Shown piece by piece: positions 22,701-36,075 of a stretch of 64,000 bases of DNA. The notes under the pieces are model-generated. The model did not search any database. It saw nothing but the letters and a program-made list of their open reading frames with translations, and was not told the origin of the DNA. The stretch comes from Azolla caroliniana (lineage: Eukaryota > Plantae > Polypodiophyta), in the NCBI GenBank assembly GCA_043228905.1, contig JBHGNT010000013.1, forward strand, positions 9,610,001 to 9,674,000, given 5' to 3'. The number at the start of each line of letters is the position of its first letter. Position 1 is the first letter of the stretch. The translations under genes and the position numbers were made by a program.

Positions 22701-24260
22701 TTGTTTTTGACTTATGAACAGCTGATCTATATGGATGTCTCTTTCCACTAGATCATCGCTTATACATTCCAAACTCTGTAATATGTTGTCTTTCATTTCG
22801 TGTAGATTCAGCTATTTCCATACATTATTAGTAATTATTCCTGCCAAATTCTTCTTTTAGCTTAAATAATATGTTGACTGATAGAATTTGGGGGTAGATA
22901 TCATTTGTTCTGTAGTCTATCATTCATGCATGTTTGAGTATAAGGAAATTATACATGCATGTTACTGAAATAAAATGTAACTTGGCTTAGCTTGCCTGAA
23001 AATTTTAATATGGAAACATTGCCTTAGCCTTTAAATATGCATGCTACAATTGTAATCACCAGTATCTTATCTATAGCAAGCCCTGCCATTTAACATAGCC
23101 GCATATATTGACTTCTATAAGGACTTTTTGAGAATCGACTGTCTTCATTCATCTGGGTCATTGTTCAATCTGAATTTATGCATGTATGTATAGGTAATGA
23201 AATTGGTTTTTTCTTCAATTGCTTAGAATAATCTTTCTGCAGCAATCATAGCCATTGGTATTGGCCTTGAAATTTATATACTGCAGTTTTTAACATTTTG
23301 ATATCTCCTCTACATCCATTGGTGTAGTTTGGCCATGAAGGTTAACTTTTCCCTTTATTATATTTTCAGAAACCTATATTAATGCATGGAAAAAAAGTGG
23401 ATTGTTCACTTTGTGGTTGCAAAGTTTGCCCTAAATTTACAAATGGCAGAAAGTTGTGAGCCACACTGAACACCACTTACGTGGGTTAGAAAGCATTAAA
23501 ATTTAGCCACATAACCACTTCCATGTGATCCTTTTGATGATTCTGGTAGCATCTAGCTTATGTGTAACATGGAATAGGAAATATAATAAACTTGACAATA
23601 ACAAACAGTGAAGACTTGTTTGGAGGATGCTGAAGTTTCATGCATTTTTTCTTTGCAATATGTCAAACGCCTTTTCGACATTTTCTCTTTTATTGGTAGG
23701 ATTCTATTCCTTCCACATTTTATGTTTTTATCTTGTGAATCATATAAAAGATTAAATCCTATAAAGGACCCTAGAGTCAATCATTACTGAAAAGCAGTAA
23801 CAGTGATGGATTGTAGATCATCATCATTGAAGGCCATATGGGTAACTAACAATCTACGATGGTTGGTTTTCTTCAATTATATGGAGTTTCTATGCCATTA
23901 CATCTTCTGAACTTAGGTGCTGTTTAATAGTCACATATGGGTAACTAACAATCTACGATGGTTGGTTTTCTTCAATTATGTGGAGTATCTATGCCATTAC
24001 ATCTTCTGAACTTAGGTGCTATTTAATAGTCACATATTAGTACTTGGAAGGATTAGAATCGGCACATGTAGTTTTCCCTGTCATCATGTAGGGTTTTCAT
24101 GGAAGTGGTGCCTTCGTTTTGTTTGTAAAGGTCATGATGCAATCAGGTTCCTATACCACAAAAGAATAAAGTATTCTTGTTTTCTTTGCGTTTATTATTT
24201 CCTGATTTTGTTGAATGGTTTATATGACAGAGAGCAGAACAGTTGAAATCAACTTCTTGA
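19797..24260 (+). CDS. DNAJC17: J-domain + RRM protein, DNAJC17/Cwc23-like. Exons 19797-19956, 20055-20584, 20817-21020 and probably 24231-24260
   Basis: DLYEILGL...IRKAYRSKALTCHPDKRPND (HPD motif), AEFQKLQKAYDILSDEKARRAYD, coiled coil, RRM-like LKISW...IFSQFGKVEDVVI...ALVVM. GT-AG introns keep frame. The last exon (RAEQLKSTS*) is less certain. Confidence 0.85.
23835..24036. repeat. ~99-bp tandem duplication in the last intron of the DnaJ gene
   Basis: catatgggtaactaacaatctacgatgg...tttaatagtca occurs twice with few differences. Confidence 0.85.
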
Positions 24261-27069
24261 GGATATGCTTTACGAAGATTGCTGTCCATTCAATATGCTG
24301 GCACAAATATTGCAGGACAGATGTAGGGCTGACTCCTGAACGTGGCAATGTGTTTTGGGACTACAATTAGTTTTCCCTATGATGAAAAGGTACAAAAATT
24401 ACAGTAAGGAGAAAAATGGTCATTGAGCAACTAATTATTAATCAGTACATAACACTGTTGGAGCCAAGTCTTTATGATTCTTAAATCGCCACTGTATTGT
24501 ATTTAAGTATTTACCAGGTTCATGAATCAGAAATTGGCTATAAGATTGTAATGATCGGCAGTAGAGCAACATTTGTGGCTAATCGTATCACTGGTTGTGT
24601 GTTGGAAGCTTATAATTGATTGTACAGTATACAATATTTGTGTGCCCATGCCTCATACACCACACCAAGAATTTGCAGACTTTATCTTTGTAGTTGCCTT
24701 CTGGCAGTCCTTCAAATGCAATATGACATCGAGTATTTGGGTGAGGTTGCGCAAGTTAGCATATTGTAATGCATGGACGGAAGATGAAGAGAAGATAATT
24801 TGTGCATTTTCTCTGTTTCATGTGTTATATCTGTTCATCCTTCATTTTCATTGATTGACTCTGTCATGGTATTGCACTACGCCATGGAGCCAGAGTTTTG
24901 GATGCATTATTCAGTTGGTGTCAAATTGTAAAGCTGTAAGTTACTTTAACTGTAATTTGTATATGATAAGCCGAGTGTTGATGCATGTGATTTACTCAGT
25001 CGTCATCAAGTTGGAAGCTTTTTTAATAGATAATTAATTTTAACGCTGTAATTCTAACTGAATTTAGTATAATATCATCCTACAACTTTTTATAGTTAAG
25101 GTGGGTGTGGAATTCTTGTGTGCTGACAGACTACAGTAATATATAAAATTTGTACTTTCTTTGAACTAATGGTGTTGTGTTATCAATGTAAAACATTTTC
25201 TGAAGACAATAGAATGTTAGCATGAAGTGAGAATGTCATATTAAGTAAGGGTTTGCTGCCAGAGAGTCTGTTTCAAGTATTTCAAAAACTCTGAACTACC
25301 CTGAGTCGTTCTTTATTCTTGAAAAGCCCTTATGAATCTTGCAAATAAATCATATAATTCCTCAATACCTAGTATAGTGTTGACTGAGGGGCAGTTTGAA
25401 AAATACTTTTGGGTGTAGGGCCAATGATCGTTGAAGAGAATTCTGGATAGCTGGAATTTTTTCAAAAGGATAAGTAAATGTAGAAATTGGAAACCACACT
25501 CTAATCTTACTTTCAGTGTTTGAATCTCCCATGTAGTAGATGAGCAAAGAACATGAATGAAAATGACACCTAGATCAGATAGTAAGCAAAGTGAACCACA
25601 TATTTTTCTCCCGTCTGTAACACGTTATCCCTTATGGTGATTTCATATTTAGGAGTGCACGTGTACAAACTAAGAAGGGGAAAATGCTAGGAGCACCACC
25701 TCATGATGCCAACATATCCACTCAACTTCTTTTCACAGTTGTAAAATACTTAGCATAAAATACATAGAATATGTAGAATACATTAAATACATAAAATATG
25801 TTAAATACTTATTATATTTGCATTGCATCTAACAATTGCTTTACTAACTTTGGAGGATTTAATATCTTTAATTCACATATGTTAGTTATTATTAATGTTT
25901 AATAGTCATAAATACTCTTTAAGTACATAGAATTCGTAGGATGCTTAAAATACATGGAATGTTTTGTAATGGAAGTTCTAAAATGTAGTCTAATACGTTT
26001 TAGAATACTTTAGATAAAGTATAGGTTAGGTCTCTTAACAACTACAACTCGTGCAAATAGTTATTGACAGTAGTTTAGGACTCTCGTGGTCTCTCTCGCA
26101 CTCTTCACACCCTTCTTGCAAAATCTTATGAAAACCTAACCAATTTTGAGAATTCGACCAATATAATGTACCAATACTTTGGTTCGTATTTGGCAAGAGC
26201 GAAGGTGTATAGAACATCATTCTATACACCTACTTTTGTTAGAATTCACCACCTTCCTACAAATTCATTCTACTCCACTACAAACTCCATAACATATAGA
26301 GGAGTTGCATAGGGTTTATCAATGCATCCTATCAAGATTAGCTAATCAACCAGGGGCAATATATGACCAAGAAAATCTAGTTAGACCAATCCTCATCGAG
26401 AAAGAAGCCATGCTCCTTGCAAAAGCCTACTCAATTACTCAATCCTATTTCCCCCAACCCTAGAGGTAGCCGGTCCAATTAAACCTCGCCACTCTTCATG
26501 TCTTTATATGTGTGTATACTTCTGATTGTATTTTTGCTAAATTGTTCAAGACTGGGTGATATATATGCATTTGGATGTGTGTAAATGTGGTTTGTGTTAT
26601 GTTTTTTTATGTATGTGCGCATTTACATGTGTATGTACATGATATGCATATATAAGTATAGATTTGTATGTATTAAAACATGGCAACATGGTATGGACAT
26701 GTTGAATTAATTCAATGTATTTGGCTTCACATAAATAAATAGGTAAACTTCTATATTGTATAATGTTTAAGCTCTCCACTCCAAAACTATCAATCTATTC
26801 CATTTTCCAAGTTTACATTTTTATAGTTTTGATTGGATAGTTATAGGTAGTTCTTGGTCTCTTTGCAACCACCTTAACTAGACCATTATTAACATTTCCA
26901 TGGTTAGTTCTATTGAATCATGATTAAGGTTTTCTTAAGTAGAGTTTAATTAGGGTGGATTGTGGTAATACCACATCTAAAGGGGAAAATTGTTGCGTGA
27001 TAATTGCGGGAGAAGGTCATCAGTAAATGGCAATGGCTATTGCATGACGATTGTGGGCAAAGGTGGATA

Positions 27070-27225
27070 ATGGCGACTACCATGTGGTGATTACGAACGA
27101 AGGTCATTGTTGATTTTCACATCGATTGGTGTGTGTAAAGGATTCATATTGGCGACTACCATGTGGTGATTGCGGACAAAGGTGTTCGGTTGATGGTCAC
27201 ATCGATTGGTGTGTGGAAAGGATTC
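27070..27225. repeat. ~80-bp tandem duplication
   Basis: tggcgactaccatgtggtgatt...cacatcgattggtgtgtg..aaaggattc occurs twice. Confidence 0.75.
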
Positions 27226-27336
27226 TTGCCCACCTGCTTAGTGACTATGAATGAACCAAGCCAAGTGTGCACCAAAGATTCACTCAACCCACAACATTGA
27301 ATGGGGAAGTAGATGTGAGTTTGGGCTCCTTCTACG

Positions 27337-30300
27337 TGTTAGGAATTTGTCCCTCCTATGAGAAAAGTCAATAGTCGAAGTCTATGGGAGAAGTCGGTAG
27401 TTGAATCAACAAACCGAATCGACAAGTCGAATCGACAAGTCGAATCGACGAGCCGAACATAGGATGGTCGATCAGATTGATCAACGAAACCGACTTGGTA
27501 GTCGACTGACTAAAGTCTATGTGTAGTTGACTGAATTGGATATATGATCCAAGTGTAAGGGATGAGCCGATCGGGTGATCGACAATAAGGTCTGTTGGTC
27601 GGGTTGACTAGATAGTCAACCAATTGACTGATTAACTACTTTTATTATTATATAATAATTGTTGAGAGATCAAGCTCAACTTAGTTTAGTTAGCTAGTCA
27701 ACCATGTAACCTCATAGTTACCTAGATAGAATCTAGTTAGAAGTGTTGACTATAACGCCTTAAATAGGACCTTGTACTTAAGTGGGATATTCTATACATC
27801 TCATGTGCAAAGGTGCACATGTGTGAGTAGAATATAGGTACTAATGTGTATTGTGGAGCAAGGAATGGAAGTTCGCTTCAACAAAGAAGGATGCTTCATC
27901 GAGAAAGATGGCTGACTCATAGCATCGAGACAAACATCGAGTTGTGGCACAAGAGAATCGGCCATATAAACCTCCAATGGCTTCGAGCGATGTAATCAAA
28001 GGGAGTTGTCATTGGACTTCCAACATTCGAGTCGAAACGAGTCGACCGAGTATGCGAAACGTGTCAACTCGGCAAACAACATTGACTCCCATTCCCGAAG
28101 GAGTGCTCTGCAAGCAAAGGCCTCCTCGACGTCATACACTCGGATGTATGGGGACCGACTCAAATGCCGACGATCGGTGGATGCCGATACTACGTAACCT
28201 TCATCAACGATTACTCGCGCTATGCGTGGATCTACCCGATGAAGAAGAAGAGCGAAGTGTTCTCCCACTTCCAAAAGCTCAAGGGGCAAGTCAAAAAAGA
28301 AATTGGTCGGCACATTCAATGCCTACGATCGGATGGAGGCAAGGAGTACTTCTCCGACGAATTCACCTCCTACCTCCAAACTGAAGGCATTCGAAGAGAA
28401 TTCTCGTGCCGACACACCCCCCAACAAAATGGAGTCGCTGAAAGGAAGAATCGGCAAATACTCGAGGTAGCACGCACCATGATGCATGAGAAGTACATGC
28501 CAAACCTCTATTGGGCTAAAGCGACATCCACGGCTCGAAGAGAATTCTCGTGCCGACACACCCCCCAACAAAATGGAGTCGCTGAAAGGAAGAATCGGCA
28601 AATACTCGAGGTAGCACGCACCATGATGCATGAGAAGTACATGCCAAACCTCTATTGGGCTAAGCGACATCCACGGCCGTCTATCTCATGAATCAATGCA
28701 CTACTAATAGAATGCATGAGCTAACTCCCTATGAGCTCCTCGTCGGAAGGAAGCCGATCCTGTCGCACCTCAAGGTGTTCGGAAGCATTGCGAATGTACG
28801 CATCCCGAATGAACAACGACAGAAGCCCGACGCGAAGTCAGAGGAATGTATCCTCATAGGATACTCATCCAAGAAGAAGGCATACAAGTGCTACAACCCT
28901 TCTACCCGAGACAACTTTGACTCCAACTCCGCTCGACCTGGAATCCGCCGAACAAGAGGTAGAAGATGGAGATCACTTTGAACACATGTTCGAAGAAAGT
29001 CCAATTACGGCAAAGCCTAGTGGGCCACAAGAGCCCCCACGCGATCCAAGCACGTCGCGGCCAAGTACGAACTTGGACAAAGGCAAAGGTAAGATGCCCG
29101 AATACGAAGTCGATCACCCCGACGACAGTGATTCGGATGTGTCGGCTCCCTCACTAGACCGTGAGTTCGGTGTACCCATCATGCGGACACCCGGAGCAAA
29201 GAAGGCGCTCACATCGACGAGTGAAAAACTTCGACGCTCATCTAGAGCAAAGAACCTCGTCCCTCGGTTCAGCTACAACGAGTATATGGCCCATCACTAT
29301 GCCTTCACGATGAAGGTTGCGGGCGAACAAGAGCCAAAGAGCTCCACAGAAGTGGCTCGTAACCCACGATGGGTGGAAGTAGTTGAACTTCGCCCACACA
29401 CTGCAAGCCTTCGTCACCGGCTTGAGGGTGAGGACTCGAGATTGCCACGCCGAAGAAAGCCGAAGGCCGGACGTAGAAGCGGATGTCAAATGCCTCACAC
29501 TTGAGCTTGAGGAGGCGTGTTGAGAGATCAAGCTCAACTTAGTTTAGTTAGTTAGTCAACCATGTAACTTCGTAGTTACCTAGATAGAATCTACCTAGAA
29601 GTGTTGACTATAACACCTTAAATAAGACCTTGTACTTAAGTGGGATATTCTAGATCCTCCACTCCTAAGTACATTTAATATAGGACTTACACATTAGTAC
29701 CTATATTCTACTCACACATGAGCACCTTTGCACATGAGATGTAGATATACCTCATTGTGGGTATTTTTGGATTTGATGATGATGATGATAATGCTAATTT
29801 AATATAGTTACTCATCCCCCATCTTGTGTTGTTCATAAGTGTATCTTCCTCTCTCTCTTCCTCTCATACACATAACATAATTAGGTACTAATTAACCCAT
29901 ACTTAATTACTTACCTAATTCGTAACAATAATAATAATATTAATAACTATATTTGTAAATAGTCCATACTGTGTATGAGTATAAATACACCTAGGGCAAA
30001 CATTATGATGATTATGCAAGTTAGAGATTTTGTAGTTGAATGCAGAAGAGAGAGCGAAACAGAGAGTAGGAAGGAACGCGAGAGTGCACACGAGAGAGAG
30101 AGGTAGAGTTTAAATAAACTTGTCGAAACCCTAAGAGGGTATTCTTTGTTTTATAGAGACTTGTAAATCTTTTTGTTGTACTTCTGTTTTATAGTGAAAA
30201 TCAGTTGTCTCGTGGTTTTTCCCATTATAGGGTTTCCACATAAATACTATGTGCCATGCATTTGCTGTATTTTTTTTGTTGCCTTTTATTTTCGCGGTGT

Positions 30301-31353
30301 GCATTTTCAGTTTATCTTTCTCACGGATCTACGGTCCTATCCTTTTAAATTGGTATCTGAGCGAGGTTCAACAATGGAAGGAGGTGTGAGCGACTTTCCA
30401 GGAATGATGGTCCTGAACTCACACAATTATGTTGACTAGAAGATCAAGATGGAAGATCTTCTAATAGTCAAAGACCTGTATGAGCCCATAGACAAAGAAG
30501 AAATACCCACAGGGGTGTTACAATCTAACTGGAAACTCGTGAATAGGAAGGCGGTGGCCACCATCAGACAATGTGTAGATGTTAGTGTCCTTCAATATGT
30601 GGCTAACGACACAAAAGCCTATGAAATGTGGCACAAGTTGTCAGGGCTATACGAGAGGAAGAATACTCTAAACAAAACCTCGCTGCTGAGAAAGATTGTA
30701 AGACTGAAGTATAGAGATGGAGAAAGCATAGTGGTACACATCAACACATTCATGGGTATGTAAATCAACTTACTGCAACCAAGTTTCCCCTTGGTGATGC
30801 TATGCATGCCCTACTACTACTGTGTACCTTGTCGGACAACTAGGAGAACTTGTTGGTGTCTCACAGTACCTTGTGCCAAGAAGAGAACTTGTCTTTACAA
30901 GTGGTAAAGACAAGTATCCTAAAAGAGGAGACGAGAAGGAAGGACAAGGGTGTCTTGTCCTAGTCGGAGGTGAATATGACACAACATTCGGGCAGAGGAA
31001 GAAACAAGCAAAGAAGCCCACATCGAAGAGACAAGTCGCACACCAGATCCAAGTCTAGGGGTAAGCTTACATGCTTTTATTGTGGAAAATCTAGACAGTT
31101 CTAGAAGGATTGTCAACACCTTAAAAAGGACAAAGGCGTCTCAAATGATGTAGAACCTACAAAGATTTATGATGAAAAGGGCACCTCTGTTGTGGCTACA
31201 AGCAAAGAGGAGCTCATGTTCATTTGCGAGCAAGCAAGTGCAAACCATGCAAATGAAGAGTGCACTTGGGTGATTGATTCCAATGCATCGTTTCACATAA
31301 CTCCCTCAAGAGAATGCTTCTCCTCCTACACAACCAGGGACTATGGTAGTGTA
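27337..31353 (+). mobile_element. Decayed Ty1/copia element of the same family as 827-4092 (5' LTR interrupted by a nested element, PBS 30351, gag-protease)
   Basis: LTR start tgttaggaattt matches the 4092 LTR end. PBS tggtatctgagc. Gag MEDLLIVKDLYEPID and protease WVIDSNASFHI, with stops. Confidence 0.85.
27660..29750 (+). mobile_element. Internally deleted Ty1/copia element nested in an LTR (integrase remnant, two LTR starts)
   Basis: tgttgagagatcaagctcaac at 27660 and 29518, PPT ttgaggaggcg, integrase LRSDGGKEY...PQQNGVAERKNR, and a ~140-bp internal tandem duplication at 28392-28675. Confidence 0.8.
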
Positions 31354-34300
31354 TGTGCGGAAATAACGCTCGGCCACAACCGAGTCTTAAAACAACGAAT
31401 GGAAGAGAACAAACTCAAACAGAGATGACACAGGATGTTTATGTGGAAAACCCTAAGAGGGAAAAACCACGGGAGCCCACAGACTCCAAGCTATCACTAT
31501 ATAAGAAAGGTACAATCAGAGACTTGGAGGCAACGACCTCGAGCTCTGTATCTTTGCCAAGCGGCGGTTACAACAAAATATTGCTCTGTATCTCTCTCTC
31601 TCTCTTTATACCACAGTTATGTCACGTACTTTTCCTGTGATAACCACAACAACTTCTTCGATTAGCATATCATCCACATATAGGAGGAGTATCAGGAAAT
31701 CTCCTCCGTCAAATTTCTTCACAAACACGCAGTGATCGGCCTCCGTCTTGTGGTACCCTTGGTCGATCATGAAAGAGTCGAACTTCCAGTACCATTGCCA
31801 GGGAGCTTGCTTCAATCCATATAAGCTCTTCTTCAACCGGCACACCAGGTGCTCCTTCCCTTTCTTCTCAAATCCTTTTGGTTGATACATGTAGATCTCT
31901 TCCTCGAGGTCGCCATGTAGGAATGTCGTCTTAACGTCTAGTTGCTCTACCTCGAGGTCCATGCTTGCCGCTATGCTCAATACCAACCGGATGGATGTCA
32001 TCTTTACTACCGAGGGAAAAATCTCATCAAATTCTACTCCCTTCTTCTGTTGGAAACCCTTCACTACAATTCAGGCTTTGTATCTTGGTGGGTTTCCGAC
32101 ATCTCCCGGTTTTAGCTTGTACACCCACTTGTTCCGGAGTGCTCCCTTCCCTTTCGGCAACTCCGTCAGTTCATACGTGTGGTTCTCATGTAGGGAATCC
32201 ATCTCGTCCTTCATGGCACTCAACCACTTGCGGCTATGGGTGTCTTTCTTTGCTTCTTCGAAGCTTTCGGGCTCCCCCTCATTGGTTAGCAATACATGCT
32301 CTACATCCGGAAATCTCTAGGGGGCTCTTCTCTCTCGAAGAGGTTATTCCCATCTTTGGTCTTCCACAACCGATTCCTCCGTCTGTTCCTTATCTGAATC
32401 CGATTTGGGATCTTGTCCGGTTCCGATGTCTTCTTCTTCTTCTTCGGTGGGTTCGGTTTCTTGTTCGTATCCGGCCAGTTCGTCGAGTGTCCTCTGGTTG
32501 CCGGCCAACATCCAGTTTTCAACCAGGTAGGTCCTCATGTCCTTAAACCGGTTTTCATTGGATGTTCTGGAGTTCATCATCTTCTTCTTTGACTCCTAGT
32601 CGGCAATGGTCTTGTCTTCCATGAAGACTATGTCCCAACTCCGGAACACCTTCTTGTCAACCAGATCCCACACCCAGTAACCAAACTCATCATCGCCATA
32701 TCCAAGGAATATGCATGGCTGGGTCTTCTGATCCAACTTTTCTCTCTTGTCCTTTGCAAGATGCACATATGCGAGACATCCGAACACCTTCAGATGTCGG
32801 TAAGACACGTCTTTACCGGTTCATCCTCTCTATGGTGTGTCTCTGTCCAAGGGCGCTGAGGGTGATCTGTTTATCACATACGTCGTCGTCATCAGCGCCT
32901 CAACCCAAAATGTCTTGGGTAGCTTTGCATGTGCTAGGATGCTCTGGATTCTCTCCATTATGGTCTGGTTCATCCGTTCGGCCAGCCCGTTCAATTCTGG
33001 CATCTTCGGCATGGTGAATTCGAGCTGGATTCCCTTCGACCGGTAGTAATCCTCGAACTGCCCCCGGTATTCTCCTCCATTATCTGCTCGAACCGCCTTC
33101 AGCTTCCGGTCGGTTTCTATTTCCACTCTCACGTGGAGCTCCTTGAAAACAGACAACACTTTATCCTTCGTCTTCAATGGCGAGACCCATAGCTTCTGGT
33201 TGTGGTCATCTATGTACGTCACGAAGTACTGTGCGATCCGGCATGTGACTTCGTGTCCACTTGACACACGTCGGTATGCACCAGCTCCAGTGGTGCATTC
33301 TGTCTCATCGGTGGTCTTGACCAGAAGGAGGTTCGGTTTTGCTTGCCGGCCAAACAATCAGTGCACTTCTCAAGATGCACGTCTTTCACCTCCGGAATGA
33401 GGCTGTCTTCAGCAAGTCTTCTCATCCCCTTTTGGCTCATATGACACAGTCTCTTGTGCCACAACTCACCGGCAGTGTCGGATGCTACGTTCACTTCTTC
33501 CCGTCATATCCGGGCATGCATCAGATATAGCGTGTTGATCTTCCGGGATCGAGGCATAATCAGGCTTCCTTTGTTGAGTTTCATGACTCCGTTCCGGATG
33601 CTACCCGTGTAGCCTTCATCATCTAGCCGACTAGCTGATATCAGGTTCACTTGAACCTCCGGAACGTGTCGGACATCCTTCAACAACAACTTGCATCCGG
33701 TTGATGTCGTCAACAACACATCTCCTATGACTAAAATTCAGCATGTCCCTTCATTCCCCATCTGGACACAACCGTGATCTCTAGCTATGTAGGATGAGAA
33801 GCATCTCCGGTCTGGTGTTAGGTGGAACGACGCTCCGGAATCGACAACCCACGTTGTCTCGTCGTCGACAAGGTTTAACTCATTCTCCTCGGTAATGAGC
33901 ATCAGTTCTTCTTCACTTGTCACGATTGATGACGTTCCCTTCCGATCCGAGCCTTTCCGGTCCAAACCCTTCTTCGAATCGACACTGTTGGTTCCTTTCT
34001 CTTTCCGGAAATGCCGACAGTTCTTCTAGAAGTGCCCAGGCTTTCCGCAATAAAAGCAAGTAGGCCTCCCCCTTGACTTCGACCTCGTCCCCGATTTGTC
34101 CTGGTTTTGGGGACTCAGATACCGGCCTCTTCCCCGGTTGTGGTCATCTTTCGTAACCAAGGCCTTCTGATCGGTTCCAGACTCCCGGTCCTTTCGGCGA
34201 GCTTCTTCATCTAGCAAGCTTGATTTTACCCTTACTAGGGACAACTACTTTCCTTCCTACCCGGCGTTGACCAACGTGACAACTAGCGTCTCCCAACTAT

Positions 34301-34380
34301 TTGTGAGGGAACCAAGCAGGAGTAATGTGAGTACCTCACCGGCGAGAGGTACTTCCAATGAAGTTGCCTGGTTTGTCAGT
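31354..34380 (-). mobile_element. Decayed Ty1/copia element (partial LTR 31354-31655, RT, integrase, protease, gag end)
   Basis: QLDVKTTFLHGDLEEEIYM and YVDDML (RT), RADNGGEY (IN), WVVDSGASFH (PR), CFYCGKPGH (gag). Confidence 0.88.
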
Positions 34381-34895
34381 ACTTGTGTCAGCCCGATTTA
34401 AGGGCATGTATAAGAAGTGCTCACTGAGCACGAAATATGTATAGAGTGTTATTATTTTGAAATAGAACTGAGTTGTCTGCTCTCTCTCTTTGTCTCTCCC
34501 TCTTCATCTCTACGTTTTCTGTGTTTCACCAAACTGTCATTTTCTAAACTATGTACTCTATGTTTCGCATACGCTTCCGCACATATATTCTTTTACATCA
34601 ATGATTGTTATGGTAATGGATGAGGGAACATTCATGGGGTGGAGGGAGATTCTAGATGTCATGGTCCTAAGGTGTTGGGAGGATAATAGAGTACATACTT
34701 TGTATGGCAACATATGTTGTTGAAGATTGTAATAGAATACGTGTGCGGAAGTGTGTGCGATAGACACTGAGTACACAGTGGTTTCGGAAACTGAACAATT
34801 AGGTAAACAAGAGAATGGATACACAGTGAAAGAGAGAGACTAAGTAGAGCAGGCAACAATATTTCAATTACAAAAAGACTCAATACTGACAACAA
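34375..34895. repeat. Two diverged copia-LTR 3' halves in opposite orientation (34375-34600 +, 34725-34895 -)
   Basis: The first resembles the 3' half of the 48308 LTR. Both end in cttccgcaca(c/t)..attct.ttaca.tc on their own strands. Confidence 0.55.
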
Positions 34896-36075
34896 TGTTG
34901 AGAGTGTTATTAAGCCCTTGGATAGCACCACGACCAGTCGTGAAGAAGAGCGCATCAACAAGGACATAATATGGCTAAAGGACCTACGAAGAGGGAATGA
35001 CAAGAGGAAAGAGGGCTAAAGGACATCAAAGTGTGAAAGGTCCATACCTTAAATGTAAATGCTATATAAACCACATGGTGGTGGCTTTGTAAGGGTTCTT
35101 CCATTTGTAAAGATCTTCCTATTGATTAAGAGCTAGAGCTTCCTCTCCTCCTTCTTGTAACCTTTAAGCTTAAGAGAGATTAGTGAAGTGTTTAGTTAGA
35201 GAACACTAATCTCTCTTCCTTGTTGGTGCTAGACCTCTTAGCAAAGAGGGTTAATAAACATATGCATTACTCTTATTGTCTATATTCATTACCCTATTGT
35301 CTATGAGAGCGAGCTTGAGAGAGTGAGAGAGATATCGTACTTAATCATCTATTAATCGTTGAGTGTGAGGCTCGGAGGTGTCCGACAACCATCTCCGCCC
35401 AATTCGCCATCAAAAGGGTATATGCCGGTTCGAACTCTACAAACGACATCAAGGATTTAACTCCGTCGATACATGTTATTCTCTGACCGGACAAGGCCTA
35501 ACACAAGGTGTCACGGAGACACTTCACCAAAGGGTGATTACGGCATAAGATTATGACTCAACGATTACACCGACTTAAGTAGGTTACACGATTAGAGCGC
35601 TTTTGTTAATTACACGCGTAAGATATAACAATAATTACAGAACGGAAATCAACACAGAAGTATAAACACCATACGCTCTATTAATTATCCGCTACGATTA
35701 CAATGGGGTCCGGGCCTTTAAATAGGTTTCCGGCCCGTAGTACAAAACGGTGCCTATCACACCTATTCAGGATCCGTCCGGATCTGGAACGGCATACCGT
35801 TTCCAGTCCGTCCGTCCACACTATGCTTATTTACAACCATACTTAATTAATTCCTTCACTCCGTATTTTGGACTCCTTGCCGGCCGGTAACACATGGCAC
35901 GCCCGTGGGACAGTACCTTGTACGTCGAACCCTTCTCGGCCCCTTCATTGTTCACCCAAATTGTCCAAAATACTTTGTTCCAGAGTTTCCAATTGTTCTT
36001 CCGGTTGTGGTTGTTGCGGCTGTGCGTGCTGCTGCTGCTGTGGTTGCGGTTGGGACTGAGACTGCTCCGGCTGCT

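Noticed and set aside
21021-27330. Short ORFs in the DnaJ intron and downstream AT-rich DNA
   Set aside because: No recognisable motifs or exon structure; consistent with chance ORFs.
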